Below, in pieces: positions 47,742-56,368 of a stretch of DNA of 64,000 nucleotides (the stretch's first letter is position 1; each line of letters begins with the position of its first letter). The stretch covers positions 1-64,000 of the IMG/VR virus record IMGVR_UViG_3300032954_000005, one strand, 5' to 3'. The notes under the pieces are model-generated. The model had not been told where the DNA came from. It saw only the letters and a list, made by a program, of their open reading frames with translations, and did no database searches. The stretch is from a virus. Both the position numbers and the translations under genes were made by a program.

Positions 47742-48222
47742 GATCGGGCAGGGCGGCAGGCTTACCACCGCCGCGGACGCGCTGAACTTCATCCTGGCCG
47801 GGAACGCCGTGTTCACGCTGGTGTCCCGGGCGACGAGCGCGCGGTACACCTACAAGGTGTCGCGCGCGGTCGACCGCGTGGGCAGGCCCAGCGCGACGCT
47901 GTTCAAGGAAGACACCGCCGGCCCGGTCTACTTCGTTTCGCTCCTGGCCGGGCCGGACAACACGGCGGACTACGTCTACCTTGGAATCATCCGGGACGGC
48001 GCGTTCCGTCTGACGCAGAAGAGCAAGCTGACAACCGCGTCGAAGCCCGTCCAGGCGTTCACGTGGACGCTCACGCGTCTGCTCCTCAGCCACCTTCCCC
48101 TGAACGTCGAGGTGTGGCACACGGGCAGGTGCGGGCGCTGCGCGCGGCTCCTCACCGTACCCGAAAGCGTGGCGCGCGGCATCGGCCCAGAGTGCGCGGC
48201 GCGAATGGATGGCGCCGCGTGA
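47731..48222 (+). CDS. DUF6011-like zinc-finger protein
   Basis: GRCGRCARLLTVPESVARGIGPECA. Confidence 0.8.
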   Translation: MQVEIGQGGRLTTAADALNFILAGNAVFTLVSRATSARYTYKVSRAVDRVGRPSATLFKEDTAGPVYFVSLLAGPDNTADYVYLGIIRDGAFRLTQKSKLTTASKPVQAFTWTLTRLLLSHLPLNVEVWHTGRCGRCARLLTVPESVARGIGPECAARMDGAA

Positions 48223-48530
48223 GCGGGCTGTATTTGCTCCACTTCGAGCCGCGGTATAGGCACGCCGGGCACTACCTTGGTTACGCAAAAAACATCTCCC
48301 AACGTGTTGCAGAGCATCGTGCGGGAAGAGCGCGAACGCCGCTGACTACGGCCGCGGCGCGCGCCGGGTGCTGGATGTTCCTGGTGCGCACGTGGGAGGG
48401 CGGGACACGCGACGACGAGCGCAGGCTCAAGGGCACGTCGCGCCCAACTACGGGAAGAACGGGCAGCCTCGCACGCCTCTGCCCGGCGTGCGCGGCGCTC
48501 AAACAGAAAGGAGAACGAAGTGGAAGTTGA
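48219..48530 (+). CDS. GIY-YIG family nuclease
   Basis: LYLLHF....RHAGHYLGYA....RVAEH...ERRLK. Confidence 0.75.
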   Translation: MSGLYLLHFEPRYRHAGHYLGYAKNISQRVAEHRAGRARTPLTTAAARAGCWMFLVRTWEGGTRDDERRLKGTSRPTTGRTGSLARLCPACAALKQKGERSGS

Positions 48531-48760
48531 GCAGCTGATCGAATTTTTATCGACCGTAACAGACAAGGAGGTGCGCATGGCGCAGCAGACGTTGTGCAGG
48601 GGGCCTGCGGGTATTCACCGCATCACGCGGGAGGGCGTCGCGCCCGGCTACCGCTGGCGCTGCGTGGACTGCAACGGGCAGTTCAAGATCGCGCCATCAG
48701 CCTACAACCTAGACCTGGCGCGCGAGCGTCAGCTTAACCAAACAACGAAAGCGAGGTAGC

Positions 48761-48943
48761 ATGAACGTCTCAATCAAGAACGGTGTTCTCACGATCACCA
48801 TCCCCGTCAACAAGGACCCGCTCCCGGAGTCGAAGTCGAAGAAATCGCTCGTCGTCGCCTCCACCAACGGAAACGTCGTGACCAAGGAGCTTGTCAACGG
48901 CAAGCCCCTGGTCATCGGCCTCAACGCCTACGTGAAGGTGTAA
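48761..48943 (+). CDS. Small hypothetical protein
   Basis: GAGG RBS; L.ITI......SKS.KS..VASTNGN...IGLNAY. Confidence 0.7.
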   Translation: MNVSIKNGVLTITIPVNKDPLPESKSKKSLVVASTNGNVVTKELVNGKPLVIGLNAYVKV

Positions 48944-48946
48944 CTT

Positions 48947-48990
48947 CGCAGAGGACGGCGCGCGCAGTACGGCGCGCCGTAATGCGGCGG
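48947..48990 (+). ncRNA. Truncated twister ribozyme copy 4 (P1/P2/L1 only); 44-bp exact repeat of 49187-49230
   Basis: Identical 44-mer CGCAGAGGACGGCGCGCGCAGTACGGCGCGCCGTAATGCGGCGG; no P4/L4 hairpin follows. Confidence 0.8.
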
Positions 48991-49024
48991 AAAATAAGGC
49001 GAAGCTTAAGCTAAAGGAGGCAGT

Positions 49025-49186
49025 GTGATTACAGAGCTGAAAGCCGTGGAAACTGCTATGCGCAGCTTTATCAGCAATTGGAGCCAAGGGCTAAAAGATG
49101 ATGGGCTTTTCGACAAAGCTCGTGCGATCGCTGACAGCCTTTCAAATCTAGCTGCTGCGATTGAATCCAGCGAGGACAACGTATAA
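49025..49186 (+). CDS. Small lower-GC hypothetical protein (53 aa)
   Basis: AAGGAGG RBS, GTG start, TAA directly before ribozyme copy 5. Confidence 0.6.
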   Translation: MITELKAVETAMRSFISNWSQGLKDDGLFDKARAIADSLSNLAAAIESSEDNV

Positions 49187-49249
49187 CGCAGAGGACGGCG
49201 CGCGCAGTACGGCGCGCCGTAATGCGGCGGTCGCGGTTCCAAGCCCGCG
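49187..49249 (+). ncRNA. Twister ribozyme copy 5
   Basis: CGCA-GAGGA-CGGCGCGC/GCGCGCCG-T^AA-TGCG-GC..CGCGG-TTCCAAGC-CCGCG; predicted cleavage 49220/49221. Confidence 0.88.
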
Positions 49250-49279
49250 CACGCAGAGCCTAGAAAAGGAGGTAGTACA

Positions 49280-49471
49280 ATGTACCAGCGAATCATAAGG
49301 CAGACCCTGGGCTGTAACGCGCTGATGGCGGCGCTCGTCGAGGGCGTCATCCGCCAGGAGGCCCCCAACCACAACCTGGACGCGCTGTCGCGCGTCGAAC
49401 TCGAGGACGCGATCGTGACGGCGTACCGCGTCGTCGAGTACGGCTACAACGTCGTCATCGGGGAGGCGTAA
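49280..49471 (+). CDS. Hypothetical protein
   Basis: AAGGAGG RBS, 63 aa. Confidence 0.65.
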   Translation: MYQRIIRQTLGCNALMAALVEGVIRQEAPNHNLDALSRVELEDAIVTAYRVVEYGYNVVIGEA

Positions 49472-49472
49472 C

Positions 49473-49796
49473 GTGGCGACGAACAAGGTGCACCAGAAGG
49501 ACGTGCGCGTCGGCGCGGTCTACGCCGTGAAGGTCAGCGGCGCGATCGCGCCCGTGCGCATCGACGCACGGGACGAGTACTTCATTCGCGGTAAAAAGCT
49601 CGTGCGCTGGAATGGTACGAGCCTACGCACGAACCTGAAGGTCTACGTGCGCAGCGCCGCGAAGCTGCGCTACGAGCTTATTAGATGCGAGGGCGGGTGC
49701 GGGCGCTGGATTGAAAAGCTCACCACGCCCTCACGGTGCAGGGCCTGCAAGGGCCGCGCGCTCATCAACGAGGAAAATAATGCGGCGCCCTCGTAG
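49473..49796 (+). CDS. Hypothetical protein with C-terminal Cys cluster
   Basis: 107 aa; V.VGAVY.VKVSG pattern. Confidence 0.6.
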   Translation: MATNKVHQKDVRVGAVYAVKVSGAIAPVRIDARDEYFIRGKKLVRWNGTSLRTNLKVYVRSAAKLRYELIRCEGGCGRWIEKLTTPSRCRACKGRALINEENNAAPS

Positions 49797-49987
49797 AAAG
49801 CGCCGCCACCTGACCCTTGAGGGAGTAGTCGCGCGCGCCCTGCGCGACTACCTCCTGGGCGTCCGCCGCGGCGACGCGTCGCGGACGCCGCGCGCCCGCG
49901 CGCGAACCCTCGAGCGGCGCGGCCCGCGCTACGGCTACCGCCGCCGCGTCAACAACCCCCTGAGCTGGTTTTGAAAAAGGAGAACGC

Positions 49988-50290
49988 ATGAACCTGTCGG
50001 CGCTACTACGCAACGCGGCGCAGAAGCTGTTTTACCGCACAAGGCACGAGGCCCAGTTCAGCGACCAGCAGCGCGCCGCGCAGGCCGTTGCCCAGGAGAA
50101 GGCGGCGGAGGCTGAGCAACACGAAACGTTTAAGGACGCGCGCCCACTCCACCACGGCAACAAGCGGACGCGAGGAGGCGGCACGGCGCGCTGCCGCTGC
50201 GCATCGAAGGCGCTCATTCCCGTGTGGTGCCCGCGGCACCGGGCCTACGTGCTGAACGGCGCCGCCGACCGCGAGCTGACTCACAAATAA
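49988..50290 (+). CDS. Hypothetical protein
   Basis: AAGGAG RBS, 100 aa. Confidence 0.6.
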   Translation: MNLSALLRNAAQKLFYRTRHEAQFSDQQRAAQAVAQEKAAEAEQHETFKDARPLHHGNKRTRGGGTARCRCASKALIPVWCPRHRAYVLNGAADRELTHK

Positions 50291-50293
50291 TTA

Positions 50294-50322
50294 TTTCAAT
50301 TTTACGCGGCCTGTGGTACAAT
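50294..50322 (+). promoter_or_regulatory. Extended -10 promoter
   Basis: TTTCAA-17 bp-TACAAT with TG at the extended -10 position. Confidence 0.55.
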
Positions 50323-50385
50323 GGTCGTCGTTGAACAAACCATCCGGCGCCGACCGCGCCGCTCAAAATCAAAAGGAGAACCACC

Positions 50386-50688
50386 ATGCCAACCGAAACC
50401 GCCACCCCGCGCGCGAAGTTCACGTCCGTCGCGCCCACGAAGAAGACGAAGAAGAGCGCGAAGGCCGTGAAGAAAAGCGCGTCGACCGGCGCGCGCAGCA
50501 CGTACGCCACGGACCAGCGGAAGATCAAGGTACTGGCGAAGGAAAACCCCAAGCGGAAAGGGTCAGCAGCCTACCAGCGCTTCGAGCTGTACAGGAAGTC
50601 GACGACCGTCGCCGACTTCATCGCGAAGGGCGGGCGCACGATCGACCTCGCGTATGATCAGTCTCATGGGTTCATCAAGCTGGATTAG
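50386..50688 (+). CDS. Basic putative DNA-binding protein with Lys-rich N-terminal tail
   Basis: KKTKKSAKAVKK tail plus ENPKRKGSAAYQRFELY...DLAYD..HGFI domain; AAGGAG RBS. Confidence 0.7.
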   Translation: MPTETATPRAKFTSVAPTKKTKKSAKAVKKSASTGARSTYATDQRKIKVLAKENPKRKGSAAYQRFELYRKSTTVADFIAKGGRTIDLAYDQSHGFIKLD

Positions 50689-50768
50689 GTAAACCACGTC
50701 GGGTCTCTAAAACGCGCCCCTGGGTCACCGGAGCGCACTAGCGACAGGCCTTACGCGCCCGTCGCCGC

Positions 50769-50798
50769 GGCCCTGGCCAACGCGGCCAGGGCCTTTTT
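50769..50798 (+). terminator. Rho-independent terminator
   Basis: GGCCCTGGCC-AACGC-GGCCAGGGCC-TTTTT between convergent arms. Confidence 0.85.
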
Positions 50799-50950
50799 AA
50801 GGCCCAATATATGACCTAAAGTCAACTATGATGGCCCAGGCGCGTCCCGATTTGAGAGGCTTAGGAAAACCGCACGTCGTCCCGGGCGGGGCGTTGAGGA
50901 GTGAGCCGGCCGGCACAGGCCGTGACGTCTGCGCGTCGCGGCGATCGCGC

Positions 50951-51286
50951 CTACTGCTGTACCAGGTTGGTCGGCGTCAGCGGAATGTTCTTCACGTCCA
51001 CCTGGTTCGACGGCAGCGACTCAAGCTGCGTGGCGTTGTCCACCGCTGTCACCTGATAGCAATATCGCCCCACAGCGAGACCCACGTCCACGTAAGTCTT
51101 GGGAACGATCCCCTCTTTTACGGCCGCGAACTGCGGGTTCTGCGCGCACGCCTGTGGCGCACGGTAAAGCGTGTAGGTCACCGAGTTCGGCGGGTTCTGC
51201 GTATCCTGCCACGCCAAGGTGACCGACGCCGCAAACACGTTGCCGCCGTAGAGCAAGGAAGCGAACAGCATAAGTTTCACAAGCAT
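50951..51286 (-). CDS. Fibronectin type III domain protein with signal peptide
   Basis: GGAGG RBS; MLVKLMLFASLLYGGNVFAA then SVTLAW...Y.LYR...YVD...YCYQVTAVD...ES.PSN. Confidence 0.75.
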   Translation of the reverse strand: MLVKLMLFASLLYGGNVFAASVTLAWQDTQNPPNSVTYTLYRAPQACAQNPQFAAVKEGIVPKTYVDVGLAVGRYCYQVTAVDNATQLESLPSNQVDVKNIPLTPTNLVQQ

Positions 51287-51320
51287 TTCATCGAACCTCC
51301 AAGCGGTGCGTTTAGTCCTG

Positions 51321-52907
51321 TCATGGCTGAGTGCATCCTGTCCCATAAATATAGTCGAGACAGACGGCTCCGTAATACCAGTCGGCACCAGTACTCCAAG
51401 TGTCGTTGCCCCCATTGCCAAGGTGTATTTGATCTGCGGGGCCACCGCCAGAAATGGTACAGCTAGAAGTAATGTGCAAAAGCAATGGTGGACTAGCGCC
51501 GCATCCTGTATAAATATAGATTTCGTGCTGCCCCGCTTGGTGGTATTTATTAACAACAAAATACTTAGAGTTTGCCGCCCATAAATTTGTGCCAGTGTAC
51601 GTAGGAGTACCACCGCACTTGGGTTCCATTTGCCACGGATGTGCTGCGCCTGCGCCCCAAGCCAGATTGACATAATCAGCGTTCCCTGTGTTATCACCGC
51701 CGAAAATAACAAACGAATCTAACCCGCAACTACCACCCGGACAGGCACTGGATACTCCGGGTGATGCCGTAGTTTGGATACACGTACTCGCTGTCGTGTC
51801 TCCATTTGTAGTATCAAAGTAAAGAGCTAACCCGCCTGCTGTACCACTAGCATGATCTAGGCCAAGAGTATTGCTTCCAGCGCCGGTTCCAGAATAAAAC
51901 GGGCAACTACGGGTGGTCGCCAGCGGCTGATATGCAGAAGTATTACAAGACAATCCAGTGCCAGAACCTGAGAAAACTATTCCCGGAGGATGAGCCAGCT
52001 TATCTGCATTGGGCTGGGCCTGATCTCCATAAGTTGATGCTTGCACTGTTCCTGTAGTAAACGAGGAGCCACACCCGTTCCAGTCAATAATGGCTGAGGC
52101 TCCGCAAGTTCCAGCATGGTTCTGCCCATAAGCTGCCATGCCGATGCCATAGCTTACCGATGAAGCATCAGTGTATGGGCCAGTCGTAGCTGTTTTTGTG
52201 GTCTGAACCCAGTGCTCCGAGTATAGGTTATTGGTGTTGGCGTCTAAAGTAAAATTTGTTCCTGCTGTGTTTGTGCCGCTCTGAATCTGCCCCGCCGAAA
52301 TCACAATTTCATTGTTCGCAAATGGAGTATAGCTATTGCCGTTAGCAGGGTTAGTGGATGTATTGGTTCTCGATTGCATGACGCTGGAATCCAGCGCATA
52401 GGTTGATGGCGTTCCCCTGAGTTCTTCGCAATAGATTCCACCATTGGTTTCGGCAGGTGAGTAGGTCAGCGTAATGGTGGTATCCGAGGCGGCAACATTT
52501 TCTTTGTAGTAGGAGCCATAAACATAAGAGTGATCTTGACGGCGCAAGCGGCTGATTTCTGGCAAATACACGCCGCTATTTACGTTGTCGGCAACCGAAG
52601 TAAAGGTTGCGCTGTTGCTGTATTTAATGTCGCAACGGATAACGCTTCCGGCATTTGGAGTACCAATATCAACCACAACGGTTGTAGAGCTTGACGAGGC
52701 ATTATCTGTGAAATTGTTAACCCCAACGGTGATCGCGGGATAGCCGGATATCGGCAGGGTAGGAGCAGGAAATGAAATTCCAAGCTGCGGGTCTATGCCA
52801 ACCCTTACCCATTCGTCCGAAATAGGGTCATAGTAAGTCCACGGCTCGGCACTCGCCGCGGCACAAAGAAGTATCAGTATGATAACAAATAGTACAGCCC
52901 GTCTCAT
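51321..52907 (-). CDS. Signal-peptide, Cys-rich receptor-binding-like protein (lower GC)
   Basis: MRRAVLFVIILILLCAAASAE; beta-rich. Confidence 0.65.
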   Translation of the reverse strand: MRRAVLFVIILILLCAAASAEPWTYYDPISDEWVRVGIDPQLGISFPAPTLPISGYPAITVGVNNFTDNASSSSTTVVVDIGTPNAGSVIRCDIKYSNSATFTSVADNVNSGVYLPEISRLRRQDHSYVYGSYYKENVAASDTTITLTYSPAETNGGIYCEELRGTPSTYALDSSVMQSRTNTSTNPANGNSYTPFANNEIVISAGQIQSGTNTAGTNFTLDANTNNLYSEHWVQTTKTATTGPYTDASSVSYGIGMAAYGQNHAGTCGASAIIDWNGCGSSFTTGTVQASTYGDQAQPNADKLAHPPGIVFSGSGTGLSCNTSAYQPLATTRSCPFYSGTGAGSNTLGLDHASGTAGGLALYFDTTNGDTTASTCIQTTASPGVSSACPGGSCGLDSFVIFGGDNTGNADYVNLAWGAGAAHPWQMEPKCGGTPTYTGTNLWAANSKYFVVNKYHQAGQHEIYIYTGCGASPPLLLHITSSCTISGGGPADQIHLGNGGNDTWSTGADWYYGAVCLDYIYGTGCTQP

Positions 52908-55057
52908 CGGAGCACCGCCCAATTCACCACCATAGATGAAGGAGTAATAGGCCCACTAGTACTGTTGCACACCTTGAAATTCACGTGGTCAGCAGTTGGA
53001 TAGGCATAGAGATTGAGTAGCGCTCCGGTTGCGCTCACTCCCCAGCCTGTGTAGCCTGTTGGGTCGGCGTTCGGCGTGTACTCAATCCTGTCTGTCGTTA
53101 GGACTCCCGTAGCCGTTCCACCATCAATGGCACTCGTACAGGTATTGTTGGTCACCGCGCCCGGGTTGATCGTGGCCGTTCCGCTGGCTATACGTACAGG
53201 AGCCGCAACGCATGACCACGTGTGAGTCGAAGTGTTGTAGAGGTCGGCCCCGCTGGTGCAGATCGGCATGGATACCGCTGTCGGAGCCGCACTGCCTCCA
53301 GTTGCGTTTATTACTACCGTGTCAGCAGCTTGGGCGGCTATGTCGGTCAAGGCAACGGTTGCGCAAGTCGGACGCCCGGAACTGTCAATCGAGCGAGTAA
53401 ATTGGTTGGTGCAGGTTCCGCCTGGAGTGTTGCCGTTGACCTTTACGACTGAAACCGCGTTGCTACCGCTGGTCGTCGCGTCACCGCTTAACTCTGCCCC
53501 AGTGAAGGGCGAAGCCCCGCGCAGGATGCCAGTTGGAGCACTCGACGGAATCTGCGCCTCTTGTGCCGTCGTAGTGATCGTTGAAGCTGCGTCCTGCACC
53601 GCAACGTGACGATTCGTAGTGAGTGCGGAGACCGTAAAATCGAAAGACTGATTCGCCGCATTTCCAAGGAACAAGTCGCCAAAAGGCAGGGGGGCCGTGC
53701 CAAGATTCTTGGCTGCGGCCACCGCCGGGGTTATACTTTCCGTTGCTGTGATAGTTGTGCCGTTATCGTTGAGGTGGGCTGCACCGAATCCGCCAGAGCC
53801 GTCATTGTCCTGCAGGTCGCCAGAACTGCCGCCAGGAGAGCCGCCACCACCCCCTGCGTCGCAGCCCGTGCCCCCGCTACCACCGTATAGGTATCCCTTG
53901 GAGCCGCATGAAAATAATGCAGTAACGTCAGTGGCCGTAGCGGCAGACAGTACTCCCGTCGTGGTGGTGTTTTTAAGTAGGCCCGTGGCCAGCGCGCCTA
54001 GGAATTGCGCACCCGATAAGCCGGCGTCTGACGTTCCCTGAACGATGAAGGCGTTGGCGAAGGGGACGTTCGCAGAGCCGTCCACGCTGTTCCCCGCCAG
54101 GCTCCTCGCCGTCGCCCACTTCGCTGCGCTACCCGTCGTATCTTGGTTCAGCGTGGGAAAGTCGCCGGCGACGGCGATCGAAAGAACGCCTGTCGTCGTT
54201 GTGTTCTTCAGAATACCGGTTGAGAGCGCGCCAAGAAACTGAGCGCCGGATAAGCCAGCATCAACTGTACCCTGAACAACGAACTTATTAGAGAACGCGA
54301 CGTTCGCAGAGCCGTCCACGCTGTTCCCCGCCAGGCTCCTCGCCGTCGCCCACTTTGCCGCGGACGTTGCGTTGATCGCGCCCGTTCCGGTCGCGTCTAA
54401 GGTTGAGCCGTTGCCAACGTGGAGCGTCTGACCCGCGTTCGTTCCCGACGTCACTGTGTTCCACGCGGCCGAACCCGCCGCTCCCGGCCCAACTAAGAGC
54501 GGTACGCCACTGTTACAAGAATACAGGTCCCCTGTGGTTGAGTCCGTAATCAGCTGGCTACCAAAGCACGACGGCGGTACGCCGGGATATGACAGCGAGC
54601 CGCCGGAGCCCTGCGCTAGGGTCTCAGTGGTGGTGACCGTCACCGTGGGAGCGGTGCCCCCGGAGAACGTAGGCACCAGCTTGAAGTAGTCGTAGACGTT
54701 AGAAAACGTCACGGCCTGGTTCCCCGTCGAGGTCGACGTGTAGGTCGCAGCCACGCTGTCGCACGCGCCGCCCGCGAGGCAGCCCTGGATTGGGATCGAC
54801 ATCGCGGCGGGGGAGCCCGTGATGCTGATCCCGAAGTTTACCACGAGCGCTCGGATGTTGTTGTTTACGGTGATCGCCGTCCCGCTGACGGTCACCTTCT
54901 GCGCTGGGTTAACGCAGCTCGACGGCGTCGCCACGTACGACCCGCCTGGCGACCCGACTACGTTCAGCACGCAGTCCGTCGGCGCCTGCGCGTAACCATA
55001 AGCGCCGAGCCCGCTTAGCAGACCCAACAGCAGTAGGCCCAGCGTTCTAATTTTCAT
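52904..55057 (-). CDS. Tail fibre-like protein with signal peptide
   Basis: MKIRTLGLLLLGLLSGLGAYGYAQ; fibre repeat SAAKWATARSLAGNSVDGSANV twice. Confidence 0.75.
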   Translation of the reverse strand: MKIRTLGLLLLGLLSGLGAYGYAQAPTDCVLNVVGSPGGSYVATPSSCVNPAQKVTVSGTAITVNNNIRALVVNFGISITGSPAAMSIPIQGCLAGGACDSVAATYTSTSTGNQAVTFSNVYDYFKLVPTFSGGTAPTVTVTTTETLAQGSGGSLSYPGVPPSCFGSQLITDSTTGDLYSCNSGVPLLVGPGAAGSAAWNTVTSGTNAGQTLHVGNGSTLDATGTGAINATSAAKWATARSLAGNSVDGSANVAFSNKFVVQGTVDAGLSGAQFLGALSTGILKNTTTTGVLSIAVAGDFPTLNQDTTGSAAKWATARSLAGNSVDGSANVPFANAFIVQGTSDAGLSGAQFLGALATGLLKNTTTTGVLSAATATDVTALFSCGSKGYLYGGSGGTGCDAGGGGGSPGGSSGDLQDNDGSGGFGAAHLNDNGTTITATESITPAVAAAKNLGTAPLPFGDLFLGNAANQSFDFTVSALTTNRHVAVQDAASTITTTAQEAQIPSSAPTGILRGASPFTGAELSGDATTSGSNAVSVVKVNGNTPGGTCTNQFTRSIDSSGRPTCATVALTDIAAQAADTVVINATGGSAAPTAVSMPICTSGADLYNTSTHTWSCVAAPVRIASGTATINPGAVTNNTCTSAIDGGTATGVLTTDRIEYTPNADPTGYTGWGVSATGALLNLYAYPTADHVNFKVCNSTSGPITPSSMVVNWAVLR
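53950..54360. repeat. Tandem 234-bp (78 aa) intragenic duplication
   Basis: GACGTTCGCAGAGCCGTCCACG... at 54065 and 54299. Confidence 0.85.
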
Positions 55058-55680
55058 CGCGTTTCCTTTCCTGCCGGGACTCCCGGCAACTTAAATTTCG
55101 TCGCTTCGCCAACAATTGAGCCAAAGGCGTGCGCTGCCCCCGCCTGGTAGTACACCGTGATCGAGACGTAGTCGAGGCCCGCCGTCTCCGAGGCGTCGCT
55201 GTTCTGGTTGTGCACCGCGATCGTTAGGCCGAACGAGCTGTCGTCGACCGTCGCCCCCATCGGCGAGCTGACGCCCCAGACGTCGGTCGGCGAGCCGTAG
55301 GTGGCGGTCGACGGCCCGGGCAGCCAAAGTCCCAGCGCCGCCTTGTTGTTTCCGATGGCGACGCCCCCGGACTGAAGCTGAACAGTGTAGTCGCTCAGGT
55401 CCCCGAAGCCCGTAAGGTCCGAGCGGTAAACCGTCACCACAATTCCCTGGATTAGAGCCCCCGCGGGGACGGTAAACCCGAAGCCCTTCGTGACGTTGTT
55501 CGCCGAGTTCGAGCTGGGCAGGATCGACTTCGATGCATACTGGCCGTCCCGCACGAAGATGTACGTCGGGTTCGCCCACCCGCCCGCGGTCACCGTCGGC
55601 CCATTCGGGCCCTGGGAGAGTTGCCCCAGAGCCGCTGCGGCGCTAATCGTTAGAAAAAGTAACGCGCGTATCAGCTTCAT
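55054..55680 (-). CDS. Signal-peptide beta-sandwich protein
   Basis: MKLIRALLFLTISAAAALGQ; FGF.VP.GA.I.GI.V and YGSPTD.WG patterns. Confidence 0.65.
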   Translation of the reverse strand: MKLIRALLFLTISAAAALGQLSQGPNGPTVTAGGWANPTYIFVRDGQYASKSILPSSNSANNVTKGFGFTVPAGALIQGIVVTVYRSDLTGFGDLSDYTVQLQSGGVAIGNNKAALGLWLPGPSTATYGSPTDVWGVSSPMGATVDDSSFGLTIAVHNQNSDASETAGLDYVSITVYYQAGAAHAFGSIVGEATKFKLPGVPAGKETR

Positions 55681-56366
55681 GGAACCGAGCACCTCAGGGC
55701 CATCGTGGCGTGCTGTAACGTGGTCGCGGAGAGGACATAAAACGAGATCAGCGTGTTCTGAGCGACGCTCGTCGACCAGCCCTCCGCCGCGATATTAAAG
55801 TCCTGCGACTTGTAGGCCGATGAGATCACGGGATAGTGCCCGTTTACGATGCTCCCCGACGTGGGAAACAACGAGTAGCTGGTCGCCTGTACGTCCAGCG
55901 CGATCGAACCCGAAAGGTCGATCGAAAGAAGCGTCCAGCCCTGAAGGGTACAGGCGAAGGGCACCTCGAGCGTTCCCTTCCAGCCCGTAGTGATTGGTGA
56001 CCCCCCGCCGTCGAGCACCATCGTTATGTCCTTGTACGTCGTGATGGGAACGATCTGCGCGCTCCCGTTCGTGCCCAGCTGAACGGAGCTCACGCCCGCG
56101 CCCGAGGAAATCAGCACGGGCGAGGTCACGGACGTGGCGGCGGAGACCGTCCCGGCGCTCAACGCGGTGATCGTCGCGGCGGGGGTCGTAACCGACGTGT
56201 TCGCGCTGAGCGTCGTCACCGTCGCCGCCGCGGGGGTGGTGCCCCCGATCACGGTGCTGTCGATCAGCGAGTTAAAGAGGTGCACGGCGTTCATGTTTGA
56301 GTAGCTGAGCGCTGCCACGCCGATCGCGCAAAGTAGCGCCAGGGCTAACCAGTAATATCTTTTCAT
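55677..56366 (-). CDS. Signal-peptide fibre-associated protein
   Basis: MKRYYWLALALLCAIGVAALS; DGGGSPITTG.KG C-terminal domain. Confidence 0.65.
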   Translation of the reverse strand: MKRYYWLALALLCAIGVAALSYSNMNAVHLFNSLIDSTVIGGTTPAAATVTTLSANTSVTTPAATITALSAGTVSAATSVTSPVLISSGAGVSSVQLGTNGSAQIVPITTYKDITMVLDGGGSPITTGWKGTLEVPFACTLQGWTLLSIDLSGSIALDVQATSYSLFPTSGSIVNGHYPVISSAYKSQDFNIAAEGWSTSVAQNTLISFYVLSATTLQHATMALRCSVP

Positions 56367-56368
56367 TA

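Noticed and set aside
45438-49249. Repeats read as a CRISPR array, tRNA fragments (GGTTCCAAGCC resembles a T-loop) or terminators
   Set aside because: Spacing is gene-sized and irregular, there is no cloverleaf, cas operon or U tract, and the conserved bases fit the twister core
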